Counted from the first letter of the stretch, positions 29,753-39,167 are shown. The stretch: 64,000 bases of DNA from Candidatus Latescibacterota bacterium (GCA_965248265.1 CBDFJF010000002.1:1312001-1376000); one strand, 5' to 3'. Numbers and translations are program-made. Notes: generated by a model from the sequence alone, not told the origin.

Positions 29753-30304
29753 GTGAAACACGTTATTTGCGTTGTGTTGTGTGCGGCGTTTGTCTGTGGG
29801 ACGGCGTGGGAGGTGAGAGGCCAGGAAGAGATGTTTGCCGAAGAGGTCCGGGTGTCGCGGAATAGGGCGGTGATGCTGTCCGTGCTCTTTCCCGGTCTGG
29901 GACAGATGGCCTCGGGGCAAAAGCAAAAGGGTGGCGCGCTCTTTTTGAGCGGGCTGGTTTCACTGATCGTGGCGGTAGACGCACACGAGTCATACAACAC
30001 GCGTCGGGATGTGTACGCGTCATCCCGGAGCGAGTATGACGCCCTGCGTGTGGAGGGCACTCACCAGGAGGCGGAGGTCAAGTGGCAACGTGTGGTGGAT
30101 CTGAACGATGACCTGGACAACCTGCACAGTCGCCGGCAGATCTTCGGATACGCGGCGGTCGCGATCTATGCCTTGAATGTGGTAGATATCCTGTTGCGGC
30201 ATCCGGGAGATGCGACCGCTGGGCAAGAGATTGACCGCCAGCTTCTGGTGTCAGCAGGTCCCGTAGGTGGCACGACGGGGATCGTGGTATCGAAGAGCTT
30301 CTGA
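29753..30304 (+). CDS. DUF5683-like membrane/exported protein
   Basis: GTG after GGAG; AVMLSVLFPGLGQ motif, YALNVVD, C-terminal F. Confidence 0.6.
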   Translation: MKHVICVVLCAAFVCGTAWEVRGQEEMFAEEVRVSRNRAVMLSVLFPGLGQMASGQKQKGGALFLSGLVSLIVAVDAHESYNTRRDVYASSRSEYDALRVEGTHQEAEVKWQRVVDLNDDLDNLHSRRQIFGYAAVAIYALNVVDILLRHPGDATAGQEIDRQLLVSAGPVGGTTGIVVSKSF

Positions 30305-30317
30305 ATGGAGGAGGATC

Positions 30318-30737
30318 GTGTTACGGAATAGAGAGATAGCGACGGTGGGGCCATACGTGAACATCCTTTTGTTCGGCATGCTGTTGGCAGGCTCAGTCTC
30401 CTGCAGCAAGGAGCACGAGGCTCCTGTTGCGTTTCACCAGACGTTGCTGGGCACGCCTACCGAGCTCGAGGCTCAGTTTCAGGCCAGGCAGGATGTCGTC
30501 CTGACGTGGACGATGGAGGACATCGCGAATGTATCGGGGTATGTAGTCTCGTTGTCCGATACCCTGGGACTTCTGAGGGAGTCCCGAGTGACCGAGACGA
30601 CCCACACCTTCGAGGAGTCCAGTTTGATCGCCGACGGGTTTACCGATTCGACCTGGTTCTTCTTCCGGGTCAGTGCGTTGGATTCATCCCTGTTTCGAGG
30701 GCCTGCCGCGCGTCTCGATACGGTGTTCGTCTTTTAG
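30318..30737 (+). CDS. Small lipoprotein with FN3-like fold
   Basis: GGAGGAGG SD; LLAGSVSC lipobox-like; PTELEA...VVLTW...GYVV...FFRVSALD. Confidence 0.6.
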   Translation: MLRNREIATVGPYVNILLFGMLLAGSVSCSKEHEAPVAFHQTLLGTPTELEAQFQARQDVVLTWTMEDIANVSGYVVSLSDTLGLLRESRVTETTHTFEESSLIADGFTDSTWFFFRVSALDSSLFRGPAARLDTVFVF

Positions 30738-30793
30738 CAGGCTGGAGGAAGGGCAATGGCGCAACGCGGTCGATTTGAAGACGAGCCGATGGG

Positions 30794-31948
30794 TTGAGGT
30801 TGGATCGGCTGCTAGCCGAGAACCGTCGGCTGGTCCAAGCGGGCCTGGTCATCGCCCTGTTGGCACACGCAGGGCTTTTCACCTACCTGGTGATCTCCAA
30901 GTCGGTTATCAAGGAAGCTCAACCGCCCAGCCTCGAGTTTGTGATGCGGACCCCGAGGCTCACCAAACCATTCGAGTTGAAGAAGAAACGGGTTCAACGC
31001 AAGATGACGCGAAGGAAAGTCGAGACGAACGTGGTTCCCGACATCGCCATCACCGAGCGCATCAATCGTCCGGATGTATTCGGGACGGTGACGACGTTCA
31101 ACTACGCCATCGAAAGCGGGGCGAGTGTGGGTGGTCAAGCTGTCGTCCCGGAGATCACGGCTTTCGCGCGCCTGGCCAGCACCAAGGATCCCGAGAAGCG
31201 TCTCAGCATGCAGGAAGAGTTTCTCGATCTGGAGGCATTGGACACAGGAAAATACAAGGGACTCGTAATCCAGAGTCCGACCAACAAGCAGGACATCCAG
31301 GGGTTCATTTATCTGGCGTTGGCAGTGGGAGAGGAGCTGGATCCGCCGACGCCTCGGGCGATCCCGCAACTGGCCAGGGCCGTCAACAAGTACACCATGA
31401 TCAATGCCAAAGTGGAAGATCGCCTGCAACTGGATTCGCGGGATCTTTTCAAGGCACCTTTCGTGTACATCACGGCGAACAAGGGATTCAACCTCACCAC
31501 CCAGGAGGCCCGCAATCTGGGGGAATACATGAGGATGGGGGGGTTCGTGTTCGCGGAGAACGGCGTCCCAGGTCTGGAGTACGGCCCGGCTGAAGCCTCG
31601 TTGCGGAAGATGTTAAAGGATGTGCTCGGGAAGGATTATCGGCCCCAAATGCTCCCGTACGAGCACCCCATCCATCACAGCTTTTTTGACTTCAACGATG
31701 GACCGCCACCCGGTGGAGAGGTCACAGGCGCCACGGGGGGCGTTACGATTCCTTCGCCGCATCTGGAGGGGATCTTCCTGGAAGGACGGCTGGTAGCGGT
31801 GTATTCGGACAAGGCGTACGGGAAGATCTGGCAGAGAGAGTTTGAGAATGAACCACAGTTGAAGATGGGGTTGAACCTGGTCGTATTCGCCCTGACGCAA
31901 CAGGGCTCGATCGCGCAGCAGCAGATCGATTTCTACAGCCAGCAATGA
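30794..31948 (+). CDS. DUF4159 domain protein with TonB-like N-terminal anchor
   Basis: Single TM with His (IALLAHAGLF) then a basic linker; DUF4159-type PFVYIT...EARNLGEYMRMGGFVFAE...HPIHHSFFDF...LEGI...GRLVAVYS...MGLNLVVFAL. Confidence 0.75.
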   Translation: MRLDRLLAENRRLVQAGLVIALLAHAGLFTYLVISKSVIKEAQPPSLEFVMRTPRLTKPFELKKKRVQRKMTRRKVETNVVPDIAITERINRPDVFGTVTTFNYAIESGASVGGQAVVPEITAFARLASTKDPEKRLSMQEEFLDLEALDTGKYKGLVIQSPTNKQDIQGFIYLALAVGEELDPPTPRAIPQLARAVNKYTMINAKVEDRLQLDSRDLFKAPFVYITANKGFNLTTQEARNLGEYMRMGGFVFAENGVPGLEYGPAEASLRKMLKDVLGKDYRPQMLPYEHPIHHSFFDFNDGPPPGGEVTGATGGVTIPSPHLEGIFLEGRLVAVYSDKAYGKIWQREFENEPQLKMGLNLVVFALTQQGSIAQQQIDFYSQQ

Positions 31949-33702
31949 TGAAAAACGGACTTCCACCGATCGCCCTGCCGGACGGGACCGCGTTCCAGCT
32001 CTGGCGGGATGAGACCATCTACGGATTTGTCTACTACGTGGATCAGCAGCACCCTGCGGCAGCCGACGACAATGCGGGCACCGAAGAGGCGCCCTTTCTG
32101 ACGATTCAGGCCGCCGCCGAACTCGTCGAGCCGGGCGAGAAGATATTGATCAAGTCGGGTGTCTACCGCGAGCTGGTCCAGCCCCGACGCGGCGGCAGCG
32201 GCGCTGATTCGATGATCAGCTATGAGGCGGCGCCGGGTGCCGAGGCCGTCATCCGTGGGTCCCAGGTGATCGACGCCACGTGGACGCATACGGGTGTGGC
32301 TCGATCGCTGAGCGTGTGGACGGCGGATCTGCCTGAGAGCTTCTTCGCCGGGGATCATCCGTTCGCCGTCGCCAACACCACCAACGCGGACTTCGAACTC
32401 ATGCACTGGGCGGAGGGGGAGCGCGGGCGGGCCCCGCACACACTGCCCCGGGCCATGGTTTTCCAGAACGGTCGCCGCCTGACCCAGTTGGGGACGCACG
32501 ACGAGCTGCCCCGGGTCCCCGGCACATTCTGGATCGACGCCGAGAGCAAGACGTTGCTCGTGCATCCGTTCGAGCGCCAGAATCCCAACACCTGTGAAAT
32601 CGAGGCCACGACCCGGCAATTTCTGTTCAACCCTCTGATCAAGGGGTTGGGGTACGTACGATTGGCCGGGTTGACTCTCGAGCAGGCCGGCAACGGCTTC
32701 ATCCGCTCTGGAAACGGCGCCGTGACGAGTTGGGGTGGGCATCACTGGATCATCGAGGACAACACCGTCCGTCACATCAATTCCGTGGGTGTCGAACTCG
32801 GCGGATTTACCGATGAGCGCTCAGAAGATGAAAACCGCAACGAGTTGGAAAAGACGACGGGCGGTCATCTGGTACGACGCAATCACATCTACGACTGCGG
32901 CACCGGCGGCATCCAGGGAACGGTCGTCCCGCGAACTCTGGTGGCCGACAACCACATCCACGACTGCGGTTGGCAGGAAGTCGAACGCTACTGGGAGACG
33001 GCAGGCATCAAGATCCTCATCCTCACCGATACCGTAGTCCAGTGCAATCACATCCACCACTGTCACGCAGCTCCCGGAATCTGGATCGACTTCGCCAACG
33101 TGAATTCCCGGGTGACGCGAAACCTGCTCCACGACATCGCCTCGACCACCGGGGGCATCTTCTTCGAAGCATCGAATGTCGTCAACATGATTGACCACAA
33201 TGTCATCTACAACGTGGAGGCGGGCAGCGGCGTCTATCAGCAGGACTGTGACCAGCTCCTGATCGCCCACAATCTGGTACTGAATTGCGACCATGCCGGG
33301 GTCCACATGCGGAAGTGTCCAACCCGCGACCGCGTGGGCGTATGCAAAGACAACCGTATCATCAACAACGTCATCGTTGGATGCCCGAAGGGATTCGAAT
33401 ACGTGGTGATGGACAATGTCTCGGACTACAACGTGCTCGCCGGTATGAGAGAGGACTTCAGCCTCGACGACTGGCAGTCCAGCGGTCTGGATGCCCATAG
33501 CCGCATGGTAGAGCTCGACATGGTGATCGACGCCGAGGATCAAAGCCTAGCCTGGTCGTCATCGGCCGCTACGGTGAGGGTGAGCCGTGACGAGCTGATG
33601 AGTCTCGACTACTTCGGTCGTCCGTATCCCGAAGAGGAGGTCCCGGTGGGGCCTTTCACCGAAGGTTGGGGCCCGGGGGGGCGCCGACTGCGACTTCGGT
33701 AG
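31945..33702 (+). CDS. Right-handed parallel beta-helix protein (DUF1565/pectin-lyase fold)
   Basis: YYVD...GTEEAPFLTIQAAA...PGE.I.IKSGVYRE; repeated N.I.DC/GIWID turns. Confidence 0.85.
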   Translation: MMKNGLPPIALPDGTAFQLWRDETIYGFVYYVDQQHPAAADDNAGTEEAPFLTIQAAAELVEPGEKILIKSGVYRELVQPRRGGSGADSMISYEAAPGAEAVIRGSQVIDATWTHTGVARSLSVWTADLPESFFAGDHPFAVANTTNADFELMHWAEGERGRAPHTLPRAMVFQNGRRLTQLGTHDELPRVPGTFWIDAESKTLLVHPFERQNPNTCEIEATTRQFLFNPLIKGLGYVRLAGLTLEQAGNGFIRSGNGAVTSWGGHHWIIEDNTVRHINSVGVELGGFTDERSEDENRNELEKTTGGHLVRRNHIYDCGTGGIQGTVVPRTLVADNHIHDCGWQEVERYWETAGIKILILTDTVVQCNHIHHCHAAPGIWIDFANVNSRVTRNLLHDIASTTGGIFFEASNVVNMIDHNVIYNVEAGSGVYQQDCDQLLIAHNLVLNCDHAGVHMRKCPTRDRVGVCKDNRIINNVIVGCPKGFEYVVMDNVSDYNVLAGMREDFSLDDWQSSGLDAHSRMVELDMVIDAEDQSLAWSSSAATVRVSRDELMSLDYFGRPYPEEEVPVGPFTEGWGPGGRRLRLR

Positions 33703-33726
33703 TAATGCCACGTCCATACGAGGAGT

Positions 33727-34998
33727 GTGATGGCAACGAGTCGATTGTTGCGGGAGCTTGAACTGATGCTACACAGCCGTGTCCTGCGTTACGGAATGTT
33801 GATGGTCCCGATCTTCCTGGCTGCGTGCCTGTCGGTGCCGCGAGTCGAGTACCGCTCGGTCCTCGAGCCAAAGGAGTCGGAGCGAGAGCAGCATTCCATA
33901 GGGGATGACGGAATAGTCTCCTACCATCTGGAGGGCTCCCGGATTGAGGTGCAGTACATGACCGAGCCGGTGCTGAACGAGATGTTTCCCGACGATTCGA
34001 AAGGAGAAGAGCTTTCGACCAATCCCTACACCTACGGGGATTGGGTGGACCCGAACGTGGGGTACATACCGAATCGATTCACCGTGTTCAACATCGCGGT
34101 GTACAATTACACCTACGCCAAGATGCAGCTGGATCCACTGAAGGTCATCCTGTTGACTGACCGTGGAGGCTATCTGGAATCGTACACGATTGCCCCGGTG
34201 GCTGATCGCAAGAGCCTGGAGGGGTACTTCCGGGGCTTGCGCGGCATCAGCGGGAACGAGCACTATCGCTTTTCGAAACGGATCGGGATCGTGCGATCTA
34301 GCGCCTACGGAGAAGATGAGGTGATTTTCAAAGGGGAGAACTACAGCGGGCTTCTCGTGTTCGATCCCCTCCATCCCAAGGTGCGCAACGTGCGTGTGAT
34401 TCTCAAGGATTTCGCGCTCAAGTTCGACGCGTCGGGGCACCCAATCGAGACCATAGACATTCCCTTTGATTTCAACCGCACAGTCAGCAAGCAAGTAATC
34501 GCGGAGGACAGGGAAGCGGAACAAGGGCCCAGGGAGACGACGCGGGTGGTTATCCGGGGCCCGCGCCAGATCCGCGGCAACCAGCAGGGAGATCTCGCCC
34601 GGAACACCGGCGCGATCAATTCGATAGTCGACCGCAATCTCACTGATCTGCGGCGATGTTTTTCCGAGTCGTTTGACCAGGGAGATGCCGTCGAGGGCGT
34701 GGTGGAGGTTCAGTTCACGATTCGCGTGCACGGCGTGGTCGAAGCTGTGAGCGTGACAGAGTCCACGGTCATGAATGCGCAGGTGGGCGCCTGCATCGTG
34801 GCCGAAATGAAGCGCTGGCAGTTCCAACCCGCCGGACAGTATGCACAGCAGGCCAGGCCGTCTCAACAGAGCACATCGCAGGTTGGCGAGCCAGGATCGG
34901 CTGAATCGCGTCAGGACGAACTCTCAAGACCTCAGAGACGTCCCCCGGTGACCGATGTGATGGTGGTGTACCCGTTCACTTTTGAGGAGATAGAGTAA
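33727..34998 (+). CDS. Lipoprotein with C-terminal TonB-C/AgmX-PglI-like domain (start uncertain)
   Basis: FLAAC lipobox; LRRCF...EGVVEVQFTI..HGVV..VSV.EST...VGACI...MKRWQF.P...VVYPFTF. Confidence 0.7.
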   Translation: MMATSRLLRELELMLHSRVLRYGMLMVPIFLAACLSVPRVEYRSVLEPKESEREQHSIGDDGIVSYHLEGSRIEVQYMTEPVLNEMFPDDSKGEELSTNPYTYGDWVDPNVGYIPNRFTVFNIAVYNYTYAKMQLDPLKVILLTDRGGYLESYTIAPVADRKSLEGYFRGLRGISGNEHYRFSKRIGIVRSSAYGEDEVIFKGENYSGLLVFDPLHPKVRNVRVILKDFALKFDASGHPIETIDIPFDFNRTVSKQVIAEDREAEQGPRETTRVVIRGPRQIRGNQQGDLARNTGAINSIVDRNLTDLRRCFSESFDQGDAVEGVVEVQFTIRVHGVVEAVSVTESTVMNAQVGACIVAEMKRWQFQPAGQYAQQARPSQQSTSQVGEPGSAESRQDELSRPQRRPPVTDVMVVYPFTFEEIE

Positions 34999-35160
34999 GT
35001 AGCAGCACTCCTTCTCGCGCGTCTCCACTGTTACTCGTCTCCATTCTCCATCCCATTTCCATATCCATCTTTCCATTCCTCCGCTATCATCTTGCTGACC
35101 ATTGAGATTGAGTAGGTTGTCGAGGTTTCCTGGCGACACTCGAGAGAGGGACTTCCGGGT

Positions 35161-37119
35161 TTGATAGAGAAACCGTCGGCGTCAGGCGTGACGCTGCGTT
35201 CGCTCGTCATCGGCGCGGCACTCAGCCTGGCGATCGGCGTGGGCGAGCCCTACGGTGCGTTCGTCATCATGGGCAGCCGGATGAGCGGATTGAACGGGCC
35301 CGCCGCCTTCTTCCTGTTCTTCCTGTGGGTGGGGGTTGTCCAGGTGGTGTTGGCGCTCATCCACCGGAGGCTGGTTCTGGGCAAGGGCGAGTTGCTGACC
35401 ATCTACATCATGATGGTCGTAGCCACGGCGTTCTCGGGGGGCGAGCGCAACGGCTTCTGCTTGATGCTCTTGGGGTCCACGGCGGGTTTGTTCTACCTGG
35501 CGACGCCCGAAAACGAGTGGGCAGACAGCATCCACCCCTACGTGGCAGACTGGATGGTCCCTCAGGACGAGCTCGGGATCAGCTGGTTTTTCGAGGGGAT
35601 GCCGGAGGGCGAGTCCATTCCCTGGGACATGTGGTTGTCCCCCCTGCTCTGGTGGTTCCTGTTCATGGTGGCGCTGTGGATGTTCTGCATCTGCGCCATG
35701 GTCATCCTGCGCCGCCAGTGGGTGGAGTACGAGCACTTGATCTATCCGATCACGAAAGTGCCCCTCGCCATGGTCGATGCGCCGTCGGACAGTTCTCTGG
35801 TAGCCCCGTTCTTCAAGAAGCCGTTGATGTGGATGGGACTGCTTATGGCATTCGGCCGCGAGAGCCTCAATGCCCTGCACCATTATTTCCCCTTCGTCCC
35901 CGTGATTCCGAGAAATCTTGGGCAACTGACCCTGATACAGCGATTCGCCAATGTAGGGTTCTCGGTGAATCTGATGATCCTGGGGTTTGCCTACTTCCTC
36001 AAGGCGGACGTCATGTTCGGGATGTGGGTGTTTTATATCCTGCGGCGCCTGGAGGAGGGCGTGTTGACGATGACCGGGCTTGGGATCGGGGAAGCACTCT
36101 CCAACTACGGCGGCGGTGGGGGTGTGAGAGGATTGCTGGCCCATCAGAGCATCGGTGCCATGATAGCGATGGTCCTCTTCGGACTGTGGATTGCCCGGGG
36201 GCATCTGCGGACGGTGTTCCGCAAAGCGCTCACAGGGGACGCGTCCGTCGACGATTCCGATGAAATCATGTCCTACCGCACCGCCGTTTGGGGGGTCATC
36301 CTCGGGTTTATCGGGATGAGCCTGTGGCTCTGGCGTGCGGGACTGCCCCTGTGGGCAGGGCTGCTGTTTCTATTCGGTGCGCTGGTGACCTTCGTCAGCC
36401 TGACCCGCATCATCGCCGAGGCGGGATTGCCGATGGTGTTTCCCCGCAACATCCCCCTGGATTTCGTGGTCTCTGGAATAGGGGTCCGCTACATAGGACC
36501 GACGGGGATGGCGGCCCTGGGTCCTACGGTAGTATGGACGGAATCCCTGGCCAGTACGATGATGGCACACACGGCCACCGGGTTGAAATTGACCGCTGAG
36601 ATTGTCCATAGAAAGCGCTGGCTCCTGCTGGCCCTGGTCGTCGCTATCGTGGTCTCTTCAGTCAGCACGTTCTGGACGTCGCTGTCGATAGCCTATCGCG
36701 AGGGCGGCATCAATGTCGCGCGTTCCGTCGGTTACCTGCCTGATTTCACCTGGCAGTATGTGGCAAGCCGGGTCGATGAGAACGCGGGACCGAACGGGTT
36801 GGGTTGGCTCATCCGATGCATCGGGGCCGCGGTGATGACGGGCCTGCTGTTCATGCAGCGCCGGTTCTTGTGGTGGCCCCTACACCCGCTGGGGTTTGTC
36901 GTCAGCATGGACCGGGTAATGGACACAGCTTGGTTTCCGGTTTTTCTGGCCTGGTTGATCAAAACGTACATGTTGAAGTATGGCGGCCCGAAGGCCTATC
37001 AGTCGCTCATCCCGGTCTTCTACGGGTTGATCCTAGGCCAGTTCGTGGCCGGAGGCTTCTGGCTGATCGTAGATTACCTCACCGGCATGATAGGTAACGG
37101 ATTGGGCATGATGTACTAA
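35161..37119 (+). CDS. DUF6785/DUF6784-type polytopic membrane protein (putative transporter)
   Basis: GVTLRSLVIG, ELLTIYIMM, LRRQWVEYEHLIYPI, RIIAEAG, WWPLHPLGF, LKYGG, GLILG; many TM helices. Confidence 0.75.
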   Translation: MIEKPSASGVTLRSLVIGAALSLAIGVGEPYGAFVIMGSRMSGLNGPAAFFLFFLWVGVVQVVLALIHRRLVLGKGELLTIYIMMVVATAFSGGERNGFCLMLLGSTAGLFYLATPENEWADSIHPYVADWMVPQDELGISWFFEGMPEGESIPWDMWLSPLLWWFLFMVALWMFCICAMVILRRQWVEYEHLIYPITKVPLAMVDAPSDSSLVAPFFKKPLMWMGLLMAFGRESLNALHHYFPFVPVIPRNLGQLTLIQRFANVGFSVNLMILGFAYFLKADVMFGMWVFYILRRLEEGVLTMTGLGIGEALSNYGGGGGVRGLLAHQSIGAMIAMVLFGLWIARGHLRTVFRKALTGDASVDDSDEIMSYRTAVWGVILGFIGMSLWLWRAGLPLWAGLLFLFGALVTFVSLTRIIAEAGLPMVFPRNIPLDFVVSGIGVRYIGPTGMAALGPTVVWTESLASTMMAHTATGLKLTAEIVHRKRWLLLALVVAIVVSSVSTFWTSLSIAYREGGINVARSVGYLPDFTWQYVASRVDENAGPNGLGWLIRCIGAAVMTGLLFMQRRFLWWPLHPLGFVVSMDRVMDTAWFPVFLAWLIKTYMLKYGGPKAYQSLIPVFYGLILGQFVAGGFWLIVDYLTGMIGNGLGMMY

Positions 37120-37223
37120 AGTGAATTCTTCACGATCGGGAACTAGATTCTTACCTACGTTCCATGTATCCAAGGATATTGCGCGCTTGGTCTCTTTCTC
37201 CGCGCACCGATGATGACGATTCT

Positions 37224-37303
37224 ATCGTGATGCGGGTCAGCATGAACGGTTTCATCCGTGCCTATTCCATCTAATCATGCGTTGGAAGGCGGACTTCCCG
37301 GAT
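37224..37303 (+). pseudogene. Collapsed remnant of a DUF3179 gene copy
   Basis: IVMRVSMNGFIRAYSI* matches LVIGTSLNGFTRAYPTEI (38580-38633), and the following RWKADFPD matches 38919-38942. Confidence 0.65.
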
Positions 37304-37306
37304 CGT

Positions 37307-38221
37307 ATGTTCAGAGCAAGAGTTACTCTAGTTTTATTGATTCTCATCGGCAGCAGCGAACAGGTGCGGTCCGGAGCATGGGTACAGAGCAAGGGGGCGT
37401 ACTATCTCAAGCTCTCGTCCAGCCACTCGTCCACGACCAGGGAACTCAACTACCGCGGCGTGGGCCTGGACCTGTTCGAGGAGCACCCAGGGTTCGCCGA
37501 CGGCTCTTTCGTCGACTTCAATCTGACCACCTATGTGGAATACGGACTGAGCGACCGCGTCACCCTGGTATCCAACCTGCAGTACAAAGCCCTACGAGCA
37601 TCACGCACCGGGCTCATCGGCGGCGGCGCAGTGCGATACAGAGAAATCCTTCACACCAACGGCCTTGCCGATCTGAGCCTGTCCCTGCGCTATGCCCTGC
37701 TCATCTCTCCTGTGGCTGTTTCCCTGCAGGGCGGTACAAAGATGCCCCTGGGTTACGACAAAACGCCGACGAATGACGGTCCTCCCCTGGGCAGTGGCGA
37801 AGTGGATGGTGAACTCCACGTACTGGCTGGCAAAAGCCTCTACCCCCTGCCGCTCTATCTGTCTGCCGATCTGGGCTACCGCCGCAGGGGCGGGCGGTTG
37901 AACGACGAGATCCTCTACGCGGTCGAGGCGGGGTTAACGGCCGGCCGGTTGCTTTTCAAGGTGGGGCTCGACGGTGTGGAGAACACGAGCACTCCGCCGG
38001 ATATTTACGGTCAGACCGTAGTGACCCCTCTGCCCGGCGGTGGCGGAGTGTTGCCCGATCTCGTCGTCGGCGACCAGCACATCACCAAGCTCAGTCCGGC
38101 TCTCATCTACACCTTGAGGCCGGACCTACTACTGCAGGCGGATGTTTTTCATGTCCTTGCGGGCAAGAACACGCTCAGCGGTACTACGTTCGCTCTGGGT
38201 TTCGTCCTAGTGCGCTCTTAG
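37307..38221 (+). CDS. Putative outer-membrane beta-barrel protein
   Basis: Signal peptide then GAWVQSKGAYYLKL, YVEYGLSDRVTL, LGSGEVDGE, GYRRRGG; amphipathic strands. Confidence 0.65.
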   Translation: MFRARVTLVLLILIGSSEQVRSGAWVQSKGAYYLKLSSSHSSTTRELNYRGVGLDLFEEHPGFADGSFVDFNLTTYVEYGLSDRVTLVSNLQYKALRASRTGLIGGGAVRYREILHTNGLADLSLSLRYALLISPVAVSLQGGTKMPLGYDKTPTNDGPPLGSGEVDGELHVLAGKSLYPLPLYLSADLGYRRRGGRLNDEILYAVEAGLTAGRLLFKVGLDGVENTSTPPDIYGQTVVTPLPGGGGVLPDLVVGDQHITKLSPALIYTLRPDLLLQADVFHVLAGKNTLSGTTFALGFVLVRS

Positions 38222-38270
38222 TCGGCCGGCATCGTGTGGGTGGGTAGCTGACAAGACTGGAGACAATGTC

Positions 38271-38966
38271 ATGAGAGTTGCGATTACAGCCATTCTTTTA
38301 GGGCTCTGGGCCGTGCTTTTGAGTGGTTGCGGCAGCGATGTGGTCTACCAGGTTCCTTCCCCGCCCGCTCCGGACAGCCAGGGACAGGGGGAAGAGGGAG
38401 AGGTTTTTATCACCGACAGGACCGGCAAGGTATGGGACGTGACCCACGCGGCCCGGAATTACGGCATGGGGCCATTCTTGTTCGAGTACGGTCTGGGGCC
38501 TTTTGCCATCCAACCCATAATAAACGCCAGGATGCTGTCCCCCGGCGACCTGAATTACCCGATCGACAGCCAGGGTGCTCTCGTGATCGGGACGAGCCTG
38601 AACGGTTTCACCCGCGCTTACCCCACCGAAATCTTGAGCCGGTTCGAAGTCGCCAACGAACAATTCGGGGACGCGCACGTGGCCGTGGCCTACTGACCGC
38701 TGGTCAACCTGGCTGCCGTGTACAGCCGAGAAATCGACGGACAGATCCTGACCCTGAGCGCCAGCGGATGGACCTATCAATCCACCTTCGTGCTGTACGA
38801 CTACGAGTCCGAAAGCCTGTGGTACCACCTGCCCGGCACGGACGGCCTGACCTGTATCGCCGGCGCCTACGCCGACCGCAAGCTGCCCGAACTCAGCTCC
38901 GTCTTCACCCGCTGGAACCGCTGGAAGGCTGACTTTCCGGATTCAAAGGTTTTCACGTACCCCTAA
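38271..38966 (+). CDS. DUF3179 family lipoprotein, probable selenoprotein (in-frame TGA 38694-38696)
   Basis: Two ORF-track pieces are in frame and join as ...RAYPTEIL..FEVANE...VAVAY*PLVNLAAVYSREIDG...FVLYDYESESLW...TRWNRWKADFPDSKV. The TGA falls at the Cys of the family YCPL motif. LLSGC lipobox. Confidence 0.75.
38711..38727 (+). promoter_or_regulatory. Candidate bacterial SECIS hairpin
   Basis: GGCTG-CCGTGTA-CAGCC starting 15 nt after the TGA. Confidence 0.45.
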
Positions 38967-39167
38967 GTGTCCTGTCTCAGAAATATGTCGACATTCTTCC
39001 GCCGATCCATCCCTGCTCGCTGCGTGGGACCGAACTCTTGGAGTTCGGCCTCGTCCCTGAGCGCCTTCACTCGCCGTACTCCACCAGTACGACTCGATCA
39101 GGCGCCTTGAGAGCAGGGCGCCTCGGCGGCCGAATTCAGTCAACCTATTTCTGAGACAGGTCACTAG
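38963..39167. mobile_element. MITE-like element B
   Basis: TIR AGTG(T/A)CCTGTCTCAGAAATA at 38966-38985 and 39146-39165; CTAA/CTAG flanks overlapping the upstream stop codon. Confidence 0.7.

Noticed and set aside
37277-37306. Longer start for the barrel gene
   Set aside because: These codons (RWKADFPD) belong to the DUF3179 remnant.
38718-38966. Separate 82-aa gene
   Set aside because: No SD, in frame with the upstream ORF, and encodes the C-terminal half of the same DUF3179 domain.
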